This document shows, piece by piece, positions 38,438-50,899 of a stretch of DNA of 64,000 bases. A program made the position numbers and the translations under genes. Within the stretch, counting starts at the first letter, position 1. The number at the start of each line of letters is the position of its first letter. The DNA comes from Octopus vulgaris. Lineage: Eukaryota. Under the pieces are notes generated by a model that worked only from the letters and a program-made list of their open reading frames with translations, was not told where the DNA came from and did no database searches. The stretch spans positions 32,922,001-32,986,000 of the forward strand of contig OX597815.1 in NCBI GenBank assembly GCA_951406725.2. The letters run 5' to 3'.

Positions 38438-38875
38438 GCAATAATAATTCTCTAAAAGAGATATAGACAGTAACTGCTCGATAACATAAGGGACTAAAGC
38501 CATCTGAATATGGCTAGGGACAGGGCAGGGTGGTGGGGGTGTTACTGTTGCATTTAGCCCCAGGCGAACATCGACGTCACCAGAAAGGCCCGACACCGTC
38601 ACGGTGTCCTTAACCTGCAAAGGGAGGTAATTCCCCGATGAAGCGGAAACCACACACGGACCATGGTTTCAAGGTGTATTGCCTTGAAACCATGGTCCGT
38701 GTGTGGTTTCCGCTTCATCGGGGAATTACCTCCCTTTGCAGGTTAAGGACACCGTGACGGTGTCGGGCCTTTCTGGTGACGTCGATGTTCGCCTGGGGCT
38801 AAATGCAACAGTAACACCCCCACCACCCTGCCCTGTCCCTAGCCATATTCAGATGGCTTTAGTCCCTTATGTTAT
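38438..38875. mobile_element. Fold-back palindrome (194-bp perfect arms, 7-nt loop) with one-sided 43-nt tail; probable Penelope-like inverted pLTR
   Basis: Arms 38481-38674 and 38682-38875 (identical ORFs on both strands in the ORF track); (TA)n on both flanks. Confidence 0.7.
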
Positions 38876-38884
38876 ATATATATA

Positions 38885-39262
38885 GGCCACAAATTTGTAG
38901 GCAGGGGTCTAGTCGATTGCATCACCCCAGTGTTCAACTGATACTTAATTTATCGACCCTGAAAGGATGAAAGGCAAAGTCGACCTCGGCGGAATTTGAA
39001 CTCAGAACGTAGCGACAGGCAAAATACCTATTTCTTTACTACCCACAAGGGGCTAAACACAGAGAGGACAAATTAGGACAGACAAACGAATTAAGTCGAT
39101 TATATCGACCACACTGCGTAACTGGTACTTATTTAATCGACTCCGAAAGGATGAAAGGCAAAGTCGACCTCGGCGGAATTTGAACTCGGAACGTAGCGAC
39201 AGGCAAAATACCGCTAAGCATTTTGGCCTGTGCGCTAACGATTCTGCCAGATCACCGTCTTG
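38885..39262 (-). mobile_element. Nested/tandem SINE family B copies
   Basis: Two gaaaggatgaaaggcaaagtcgacctcggcggaatttgaactc cores. Confidence 0.8.
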
Positions 39263-40043
39263 CATAATAATAATAATAATTACGAAGTAGCATTAGCATT
39301 ACCTTTAATTCTTTTTTTATATGTATACATCCTCAAATAGATCTACACATGTTTCTACTGCATCGACTAGTAGCCGTTGCAATTGTAACCATACTATAAT
39401 ACCAGTGTAACTTCTTCAGTGCCTTCACTTTAATATCCTTTGATTTAACTCATACATACATACTTACTTACATCTAATATAATAAATGCGAATATCAGTG
39501 TGTCAGTGTGTCACACTTTTTCAACTTTACTCCTTGAGGCCGTAGACCAACATATACCATTTTGGAATCAGGCTGACTGTGTGAGTAAATTAAAAACATT
39601 CCAGACGGAATCCGAACCCGAAATCCTGAAATTCCCAAGTTTTCGTTACTGCGATTGTTTTCGGCAATGTTTTTACGTGACTTTTTGCGATGGAATTTTT
39701 AATACGATAACAATTTTTATAATCGAAAGGCCGACTCCGTGAGTAAATTAAAAATATTCCCGGCCGAATGCGATCCCGTAATTCTGAAATTTTATATTCT
39801 CAAGTTTTCATTCGTGATTGCTTTCGGCGATTTTTTTTGCCTGATTTTTTTGCTACGAATTTTTTTGTACAATGACAATTTTTATAAATTGGAAATAAAT
39901 TATCGGAATAATCGAAATTAATTGCGAAATCCAGTGATTATTTTCGAAGATTATTTTAAGTGATTTTTTTAATGACGAATATGCCAAAACAAATCAGAGA
40001 TTTGTTTGCAGATGTTAAAAGCTACATGCTACCTCAAAAGCTG

Positions 40044-40135
<92 letters not shown>

Positions 40136-40260
40136 TTAAATAATGTCTTGCCCGCGTATTGTTCTGGTGTCCGCTGAATTTTTCTCTTGAGAACATTCTT
40201 TTCTTTGTAGTTTGATCGTAGGTGATCTACTTCTAGCATATTGCTGACCACATAGTGGTT

Positions 40261-40312
<52 letters not shown>

Positions 40313-40524
40313 GTATTTACATACGTATATGTACATACATCTATAAGTATATATATGCATATGTGGGCACAGGACGTCATGAAATGTGTACAACAAAAAA
40401 GAACGAAGCACAAGTACATGGAACTTGAACTATTCTTTCGAACAACGAAAGACTTGTTTTCCATTTGTGTCTTCCGTTTCATCACGATCTTAAGCTCGAC
40501 GCTCTAGCCACTGAGCCATGCGCC

Positions 40525-40560
<36 letters not shown>

Positions 40561-40645
40561 CACACACACACATACACACACACATGCACATACACACACA
40601 CACGCATACACACACATTGTTTATAATATTATACGATTGAACGAA

Positions 40646-41556
<911 letters not shown>

Positions 41557-42100
41557 AGTGGCTGCCCCCTCGTTATCGAGTATGGCCATTGTACGAAGCT
41601 TAATCAATGTTGTTATCGTGCAATGCCTGTGCAAGAAGATTTTTTTTAAAGTGGAGAAAGGCTGTGCACTGAGTCAATCCCACTCACTAAGCAACAGCAG
41701 CCATAATCCGAAAAGAAGAACAAGTCAACATCATCGGTAACCACTGAGCCGCAGGTTTTATATCGGAGTTATCCCAGTTGCCTGAGCTACCTTCTCCTAG
41801 AAGGATGCCCTAACAAAGGCTAGGAGTCCTTCACTCCCAATGGTTTAACCGCGCGATCTGGTATTCAGTCCGATTATTTCTATGATCCAGCCTTAAGACA
41901 TTTATTGGATGGCCGTTGACTCTCAAGAGTTCCTTCGCCCTTTGACGGGTTTTGTTTTTCATCCCACAGGGTGTCCAATAAACACCCTCATCACCAAGCA
42001 AGCTTGGTGGGGTTGCCGGTTTAGTCGCAGACGACCCGACCATGCAACAGGTTGTACTGGGTTACATGTTACCAGTAGCACTCAAAAGTGACCTGACACA
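41557..42100 (-). mobile_element. Putative RTE-derived non-autonomous (5'UTR + 3' end) element in (TACA)n
   Basis: Minus strand has an RTE-like 5'UTR motif (ggcatccttctaggagaagg...aaacctgc) and ends directly on a tetranucleotide repeat; family call from recall. Confidence 0.45.
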
Positions 42101-42158
42101 GCATACATACATACATACATACATACATACATACATACATACATACATACATGCACAC

Positions 42159-42200
<42 letters not shown>

Positions 42201-42238
42201 CATACATACATACATACATACATACATACATACATACA

Positions 42239-42273
<35 letters not shown>

Positions 42274-42665
42274 GAGTGATGTTGATAAGCCACAAAATGG
42301 CGAAGCATCGATGTCCATTGCTCCTGAATGGGATTTGGAGTGAATTGTCTCGCCTGTTCATGACCTTCAGGTGTTTTAAAATCTGGCGCTTTAATGGCGT
42401 CTTGTCCACTGCGCCAGAGGCAGCCGATTGATAACACTACGGTACCAAATTTTGTTCATTGAGTGTATGTGTTCGATAATTTTTGCAATTCCAGCGCAGC
42501 TTCTAATTAATATTTGTGTGTGTGTGTATACAATTGCACTTGAACTCAGACCCGCATGACTTAAAGTTTCGTGAACGCGTAGGAGTGCTACTTTCTTTCG
42601 TTTGTTCACTGGTGTGTGTGTGTGTGTGTGTGTACGAGAAAGAGAGAGAGAGAGAGCCAGAAAGG

Positions 42666-42696
<31 letters not shown>

Positions 42697-43129
42697 CCAG
42701 AAAGGGAGAGAGAGAGAAAGAGAGAGAGAAAAATGTATACATCGGTACAAACGCGTACACACAGTCTCAGCGACAGTCACATGGAACAATACTTAGCGAT
42801 TCGATAAAAATGCATTTTGAAAATAAGTACTAGGCAGAAATATGCACTTGGGTAGATACTATCAATTAAAGCGTTCAGTGTCATGTCCCGGTATAACTGC
42901 AGTCGAGTGAGTGAAACCAGGTAAAGAATAAAAAGATTATACATAATAATGGCTTCAAATTTTGACACAAAGCCAGCAGTTTTACGGAGAGGGTTTCTGT
43001 CGATTGTATTGAGCTCCACTACCTATTGTATCGTTGAAAATGAGCAAAGGTGAGTGAAAAAATGCTAATACTGAAATTTTTCTACTAAAATGCCTTGCAT
43101 ATTATTACTATAAAAATACTAAAGTTAAT

Positions 43130-43340
43130 CATATATATATAAAACAAGAAAGCACAAAAAAACACAACAACGCGAGGACGTGGAACAAATATAGTATTAT
43201 TGGACGTTCAGGAAAGAAGCAAAGAAGGAGGGTTTGATGTTTCGAGCGGAGCTCTTCGTCGGAAACATAGGAGAAGGAAAGATCCAGAGAAGGGAAGACA
43301 GAGGAAAAAAAAATCGCCAACGGTACACACGTGGTCACAT
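43130..43340 (-). mobile_element. Penelope-like pLTR fragment with minimal hammerhead-like motif (43232-43266)
   Basis: Minus: GTTT-CCGACGA-A-GAGC-tcc-GCTC-GAAAC-ATC^AAAC; ends in (TA)n. Confidence 0.55.
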
Positions 43341-43731
43341 TTATAAAACTGAAGTTGTCTGTGTGTGGCAGGTTTGGTAGCCTTCAACTAACACTATCTC
43401 CTCCGAGACCCTGCGGCGCAAGTTGACCAAAATTGAGAGTATGATATAAGGAGGATTGCTCTTCATTCCGTAGAAGATAAATTCAAATCGGACCATGTTA
43501 AGACCAAAAATTATTTACATCAAAAAGGTGCTTTTTTTTCTATGGAAATCCTATTTTTTACGATTTTTTGACAGCTGTGTCGCCATTTTTCGGGTGTATT
43601 TCAACCATAAAAATGTTCACTTAAAGAGAATAACAAGCTACATAGCTACATAATGCAAAATTTTTACTTTTCAAAAATTCCAATTCTAAAGGGTTGAAAC
43701 AAACCCGAGCAACGCCGGGCGATACTGCTAG
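43341..43731 (+). mobile_element. Non-autonomous Helitron-type element
   Basis: Same 3' end cccgagcaacgccgggcgatactgCTAG|T as 36201 and 57918. Confidence 0.8.
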
Positions 43732-44004
43732 TAATAGATAAACACCAATAAAAAGATTTCTATTATTGACCAAGTTTTATTAAAACGGAGTGTTGGCTGT
43801 ATAGTACATCTACAGGAATTGAGTTATATCTACGTACACTTCTAAACAAATATACGTACGTAAGCAAGCATAAACGTTGTCACATATATTATTGGTTTCA
43901 AATTTTAGCACAAGGCCAGCAGTTTCAAAAGTGAGGTTTAGTTGATCATGTCGACCCCAGTGGTCGACTGGTATTTATTTTATCGACTCAATTTATTTTA
44001 TGAA

Positions 44005-44238
44005 AGGCGGCAGGCTGGCAGAAACGTTAGCACGCCGGGCGAAATGCGTAGCCGTATTTCGTCAGCCGTTACGTTCTGAGTTCAAATTCCGCCGAGGTTG
44101 ACTTTGCCGTTCATCCTTTCGGGGTCGATAAATTAAGTGCCAGTTACGCACTGGGGTCGATGTAATCGACTTAATACCTATGTCTGTCCTTGTTTGTCCC
44201 TTCTATGTTTAGCCCCTTGTGGGTAATAAAGAAATAGG
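44005..44238 (+). mobile_element. SINE family B inserted in an oppositely oriented older copy (43890-44370)
   Basis: Head ggcggcaggctggcagaaacgttagc, B box gagttcaaattcc. Confidence 0.8.
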
Positions 44239-44571
44239 TACTTATTTTATCGAATCCGAAAGGATGAAAGGCAAAGTCGATTGTGGCGGAATTTGAACTC
44301 AGAACATAAAGAATGGTTACGGGTTTAGCGGCATTTTGTCCGACGCGGAAACGATTCTGTCAGATCGCCATATTAATTATAAACGTCAATATGGATAAGA
44401 TTCCTATTATTGACTAACTCTAATTAAAAGAAAGTGTTGGCGGTAGTACATCTACAGGAATAAAGTCGAGTTGTATCCGCGTACGCTTCTGAACAAATAC
44501 GCGTAAGCAAACATGAACGTAGTTATATATAATATTGATAAATATTTTTGCCTTTTTATACCGTTGTATTT

Positions 44572-44625
<54 letters not shown>

Positions 44626-44894
44626 ACACACACACATTTATCATTACTATTTGATTCACATGAAATTAAATTTAGTGGCTGTGTGGTAAATATATTTTCA
44701 TATTTGTATAATGATTAATATTGTTGTCATTTTAGAGAAATGGGTTTAGTTGAATTGTCTCGTGTTCGATCATGTTTTATCAGAGCTTTAATGTCTTGTC
44801 TAGCCCGCAAGCACCTGTTATCACTACGTATCAAATTTGTTCATTATGTATGTTCATAATTTTTCAATTCCAGCGCAGCTTCTAATTAATATTT

Positions 44895-44968
44895 GCCTCG
44901 GGCCGACTAAAGCCTCGGGCCGAGTGTGAGTGGATTTGGTAGACGGAAACTGAAAGAAGCCTGTCGTA

Positions 44969-45001
<33 letters not shown>

Positions 45002-45218
45002 GCATGAGTGTTTGTGTGTCTGTGTTTGTCCCCCCCCCAACATCACATAACAACCGATGCTGGTGTGTTTACGTCCATGTAACTTAGCGATTCGGCCTAA
45101 GAGACCGATAGAATAAGTACTAGGCTTACGAAGAATAAGTCCTGTGGTCGATTTGCTCGACTAAAGGCGGTGCTCCAGCATGGTCGCAGTCAAATGAGTG
45201 AAACAAGTAAAAGAGTAA
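44895..45218 (+). mobile_element. SINE family A, 5'-truncated
   Basis: Matches reverse complement of 4291-4620; another 3' part at 37560-37830. Confidence 0.85.
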
Positions 45219-46240
45219 ATTAGATCAATAGTTAAACACACTCGCAATGTAGTACACACGCACGTACTTTGTAGTGATACAGAACCGAGGCTGAATTCTG
45301 TTTTCCTCCTGACAAACTCCTTTTAAATGTATTTAGCTGAACGTATAACACTTGATGATTTAACTGTAGTACGCATAATATTTGTAACCAACTCGAAAGA
45401 CAGCGGAAATTGTTTTTAACTGCAACCATTTACTGAATAATACACTGGTTCCCATACATTAAATTAGCAAATAAATATTAGCGATGGAGCAGTATATTAA
45501 TACGAAAAGGCAATCTTTATATCCCACTAAACGTAGATGTATTATTAGAGCGCTGAATACTGCGTCATTAGCTTTGAGAGGGCGTCTCATACACACGTAC
45601 GATACCAAAAGCGCAGAAGACTTCTGTACTAAGATGAAATTCGTCGGGTACGGGCGCCGGAACTGTCGAGTCATGTGATTTTTAGCGTTTAATAAGTAAA
45701 AATCCTTGATTTTTTTTCTGTATTTAATTGTATCATGTTTGGGTAGGAACTACCTGGTTTGCTTACCGAGACGGCATGCCCAGATGGTATCTTTAATTTT
45801 AATTTTTTTGTTTGTTTTAATCATTGGACTGCAACCATACTGGGACACCGCATTGAAGGGTTTGGTTGAACAAGTCGATCCTAGCTCGTTTTTTTTTTTT
45901 TTTTTAAGTCTGGTACTTATTCTACTGGTCTTTTCTGCCGAACAGCTAAGTTACAGGAACCTAAACAAACCAACATCAGTTGTGAAGCAATGGTGGCGGG
46001 GCCAAATACAAAGACACACACACACACATAGACGACGGGCTTCTATAAGTTACCGTCTATCAAATTATCTCATAAGGCATTGGTCGGTCCTGGGCTATAG
46101 TAGAAGACGTTTGTTCAAGTTTCTACGCAGTAGATCTGAACTCGAAACCGCATGGTTGCAAAGCAACGAGCTTAACAATATAGGCGTACCTACCCATATC
46201 TATAATTGTTGATATTTTAAAAACCAAGTTTATCTAATTA

Positions 46241-47055
46241 CTAGCAGACATATCCTGCGTTGCTTGGGATTCAAATGGCATAGTTTGTATATATGGTATT
46301 GCTAAGTTGAAACATGTGATACAGGGAAAGTAGCACTGACGACAAAGCATTTGTGGAGTAAATGAAGGGCTGATTCGATTAAGTGACATGTCATGCATCT
46401 GTTTGGAAGATTCCAGGCCTTAACCATGTCATGGAAAAGTGGGTGGAAGTATGTGATTTTTGAATGCAGCAAAAAGCTCTCAGTGGATATACTCTCCTTT
46501 GCGGCTGTCGGCGCTGCCGCTACCACACTGAACTATCAGCAGATATAGGAACTACATCTATGTGATAAATTAAGCCCGTGGGCGCGCTCAGCAGTACCAC
46601 ATTGGAGAAATCTACATGAAAGAAATGACGTGGTGTGTGTGTGGTGGATTGGCAAGGAAGCACTTGAAAACAACACTGTCATGCGATATTTCGGTTTGGA
46701 ATCAATAGTGTTGGCTCAACCGTGCACCACTTCGCGTAAACAGCGTGCAACCATTGTGGGGACAACCCAGCTCCCAAACGAAAACAATTCTGAATGCAAC
46801 GTCGAGGTACGCAAAGTCACATTAAGGACACAGTCTCTAACAAACATGGTTGGGTCACGTGACGTTGGGTTGCTGACATGGTTGGAAATCAAGAGTCATG
46901 GCTCAACCGTGCACTCACTCGCGTAAACAGCGTGTGACCATTGTGAGGACAACTCATCTCCCAAACGAAAACAATTTTGCAAGTAGCGTCCGGGCACATT
47001 AAGGACATGGTCTCTAACTAACGTGGTTGGGTCTTAGACATTATAAATTAGTAGA
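46241..47055 (-). mobile_element. Helitron-type element with internal ~185-bp tandem duplication
   Basis: Minus 3' end cccaagcaacgcaggatatgtctgCTAG|T; minus 5' TCtactaatttataa; ggctcaaccgtgcac...ggttgggtc repeated at ~46713 and ~46900. Confidence 0.65.
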
Positions 47056-47495
47056 TTAATATACATCCGATATTTTGGTTTGTAATCAAAAGCTGAGGAA
47101 TTTGATACTGAAGGTAAAAGAAAATATTTGAATAGTTGCTATGTTATAGAAAGCATAGTGCGTTCCAAACTTTTTTATTCCTCCTACATATTGCTACACA
47201 TTATATTCATTTATTAATGCTATTATTGCTACCACTTAGACAACGCAGTCTGAAGCCTACATTTGCTCATCCATTTAATACAACCTGCTTATATAATTTT
47301 AGTAGCTGTTTTTTACCAGTTTGAACAAAAGTAATGCATAGGCCATGTAGGAAGTCGTACGTACCTCAGGAAATGGGGTTTCATTACTCATTATGTGAAA
47401 AATTTTAAAAGTCTAAAACCACCTCTGGAACTTAAGTAATATATATTCCCAGTTTGGATAAAATCAGTTGCGAACTTCAGAAGTTCTGCGGGCTT

Positions 47496-47538
<43 letters not shown>

Positions 47539-48791
47539 CAAGGTGTCCCAGAAAGATTTACCCATTGATATTTCTTAATTATTCAAAACAAACACACACG
47601 TTTGGCACACACACGTTCTAATGTAAATTATCAATTCATTGGAGTAATTACATTTCAAAATTATCCGTTTTTGCTTTGATCTTAGCATGCAAACGAGTAG
47701 TCACTGAGTTGCACAAGCGCTGTACCACAAGTAAAAGAAGTTGTCTGTTGAAATGGAACCTGCAGAAGCAATGCTCTCTAAGATGGGCCAGATAACAAAG
47801 TCTGTGGGATTCTGCCTTGACTCCTTAAAGGTCATATTGCCAAAACAAACTGATATGCTTTGCACCACAAATATATGTGCCAACTCCAAAACAGCGGAAA
47901 TTGTAACTGCACCATTTCTGAATAATACATTTCCCATCTAAATTAGCTAATATTAGCGATGAGCAGTATATTAATCAAAACAATCATATCACTAAACGAG
48001 ATGAAGCTGATTAACGCTGCTACCTTCGAGCAAGTCTCCTGCATTACGTGCATAAAGCCTGTCCTTCTGCCTGTTAGTCGCCAGAAGATCTTGTCTGACC
48101 AGATCAAACTGTTAGTGGCGCCGGAACATGTCGAGCCGTTACTTCTTCGAATAAGTAAAAATTGTTTCTTTTTCTGTATTTAAGTCATCAACTATGGTTT
48201 GCTTACCGAAGCGCATTTCTTTAATTTTAATTTTTTTGTTTGTTTTAATCATTCGCTTGCAACATACTGACACCGCATTGAACGTTTCCAGGTATTGAAC
48301 AGTATAGCACGTTTTTTTTTTTAAGTCTGGTACTTATTCTACTGGTCTTTTTGCCGAACAGCTAAGATGGAGACAAACCCTGTTGTGAACAATGGTGGCC
48401 CAAATACAAAGACACACACACAACATAGACGACACTATAAGTTACCGTCTATCAAATTATCTCATAAGGCATTGGTTCTGTTTAGAAGACGTTTGTTAAA
48501 CATGGGTAGATCTGAACTCGAAAGCATGGTTGCAAACAACAAAACAATATAGGCACAATATCTACAATTGTTGATATTTTTAAAACTAAGTTTTCTAATT
48601 ACTGAACATATCCTTTGCTTGGGATTCAAATGGCATAGTTTGTATATATGGTATTGTAGTTGAAACATGTGATCAAAAGTGTGACGACAAAGCATTTGTG
48701 TAAATCTGATTCAAAGTGATGAGCCTGTTTGGAAGATTCAGGCCTTAACTTAGGAAAATTGAAGTATGTGATCTTTGAAAGCAAAAGTTCA

Positions 48792-49680
48792 GTGGTCAAC
48801 CTGGTGCGCTTTTGATCAGGTGTCAGAAGACGTGGCACACACCTTCGTAAAGCCAAGTTCATTGTACAAAATATTCCCCAATCTCTTACGGGTTATGCTA
48901 ACAACATTAGCTATTTGAATCGCCTGTCATTCATCAGCATATGGTGAATACGGTCAATGTTTTCCTTGATGGTGACAGTTGCAGGACGTTCAAACCTTGA
49001 GTCATCTTCAAAATTTTCCCTTCACTTCCTAAATTCAGCCACCAACTTTTGTACTGTTCGTAAAATTGGAGCGTCATCGTCTAATGTTGCAACTATATCA
49101 GCATGAATATTATGGGAGTGGGGATAAACTCTTTCTGCAGGTTCTTGATAACACTACGATGCCAAATTTTGCTCATTTTCAGGAGAAGCCACGTCTATTT
49201 GCTTTTGAGTCTACTTTGAACAGTCACATGTCAGTTTAACTGGAAAGAAATAATGTAAGGAGAGTTGGAATTAAGGCATAACTACAGATTTCTGCTTCCA
49301 CCAACTTTGGATGATCATAATTCAGAAAAATGGATATTTTTTAATGAAATTTTCTACGAATATGTGTTATATCATGTAGATTCCGAATATACAAAATTTT
49401 TTGGGGAAAGTATTTTAGGAGGTGGTGGGGGTGGGGAATTTTGGAAAATTCACCAGAGTCCACTTCAATTCGTCTTTTCAAGAAAATGGATATTTTTAAA
49501 TGAAATTCTCTACGAATATACCTTGGGCTATTTAGATTCCGAGGACATAGGAGTTTTGGGAAAAACAATTGGGAATTATATTTGAGAACTGTTCCCCACT
49601 CGGGAGTGTTTCGGAACCAGTTGTCCATATTTGTTTCATTTTCTCCATTTTGTACGTTTGTGCATCCGTAGATTTCTACC

Positions 49681-49732
<52 letters not shown>

Positions 49733-50506
49733 CACATGTAATTAAAAAAGTTCAAACGGGGAGTTATTCCATTCAGTATTATGTTTATTATAGAGATTAT
49801 GTAACAAATTATTCCTTACACTTCTGTATTTAACTGTGCGTGTATATTCTTTAGTTTTGCTTCTGGTGTCTTCTGCCTTACTATTAGAAATGTTTACCTG
49901 GGAATTTTCTTAAAGTGAAAAAAAAAATCGTATGCAACAGATAAGTCGTCTTAATAACATATTTCTGTATACCAGACCTTTAGCTGTTATTTTTGGCATA
50001 ACGGGTTTTTGTGGCGAGGTCTTCATTTGCCTTCATTGCCTGTTTGCTGCTTCAGTAGAAATCTACGGATGCACAAACGCACAAAACGGAGAAAATGAAA
50101 CAAATATGGACGACTTGTTCCGAAACACCCCCCCAGTGGGGAATATTTCTCAAAAATAACTCCTTAATTGTTTTCCCCCAATTTCCTATGTCTTCAGAAT
50201 TTATATAGTCCGAGGTATATTTACTCTTTACTCTTTTTACTTGTTTCAGTCATTTGACTGCGGCCATGCTGGAGCACCGCCTTTAGTCGAGCAAATCGAC
50301 CCCGGGACTTATTCTTTGTAAGCCCAGTACTTATTCTATCGGTCTCTTTTGCCGAACCGCTAAGTGACGGGGACGTAAACACACCAGCATCGGTTGTCAA
50401 GCAATGCTAGGGGGACAAACACACAACACACACACATTCATATATATATACATATATACGACAGGCTTCTTTCAGTTTCCGTCTACCAAATCCACTCACA
50501 AGGCAT
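48792..50506. repeat. Near-identical direct duplicate of 51171-52966
   Basis: Offset ~2.38 kb; duplicated ORFs 49265/51645 and 49341/51721. Confidence 0.92.
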
Positions 50507-50899
50507 TTTGGTCAGTTTTCACAAGGCATTTCACTTCTTCACAGTTTCAACAGTTTGTTTGGTACGAATTGATCGTTTCCTACCAACAATTCGCTTTCTA
50601 GAGATAGTAACGGACTCTATATAACGTTTCCAGGTATTGAACAGTATTTTACGGCACGCCTTTAACAAATTATATGTTCTTTTTGCTCATGCCAATTGTT
50701 TTCAAAGCGACAATCTGGTCACTTTTTGCTTTCGACACCCTGTTTGTTAACAAATCTGTTATAGTCGAACGAAACAATGGACACATGAACAAAAGACATA
50801 TGCAAATCTTTATGTAAAATGTAGATATTACCTGAACTGATATTCTTTAGGAAGAGTTTTAAACATGGGTAAATCTTTCTGCATGCATTGTTCTGTTGA

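Noticed and set aside
38378-38885. Two identical ORFs (MVSASSGNY...) on opposite strands
   Set aside because: Consequence of the palindrome; GTG starts and no coding signature
41950-42100. HDV-like ribozyme at the 5' end of the RTE-derived element
   Set aside because: Could not assign the nested double pseudoknot by eye; needs a descriptor search
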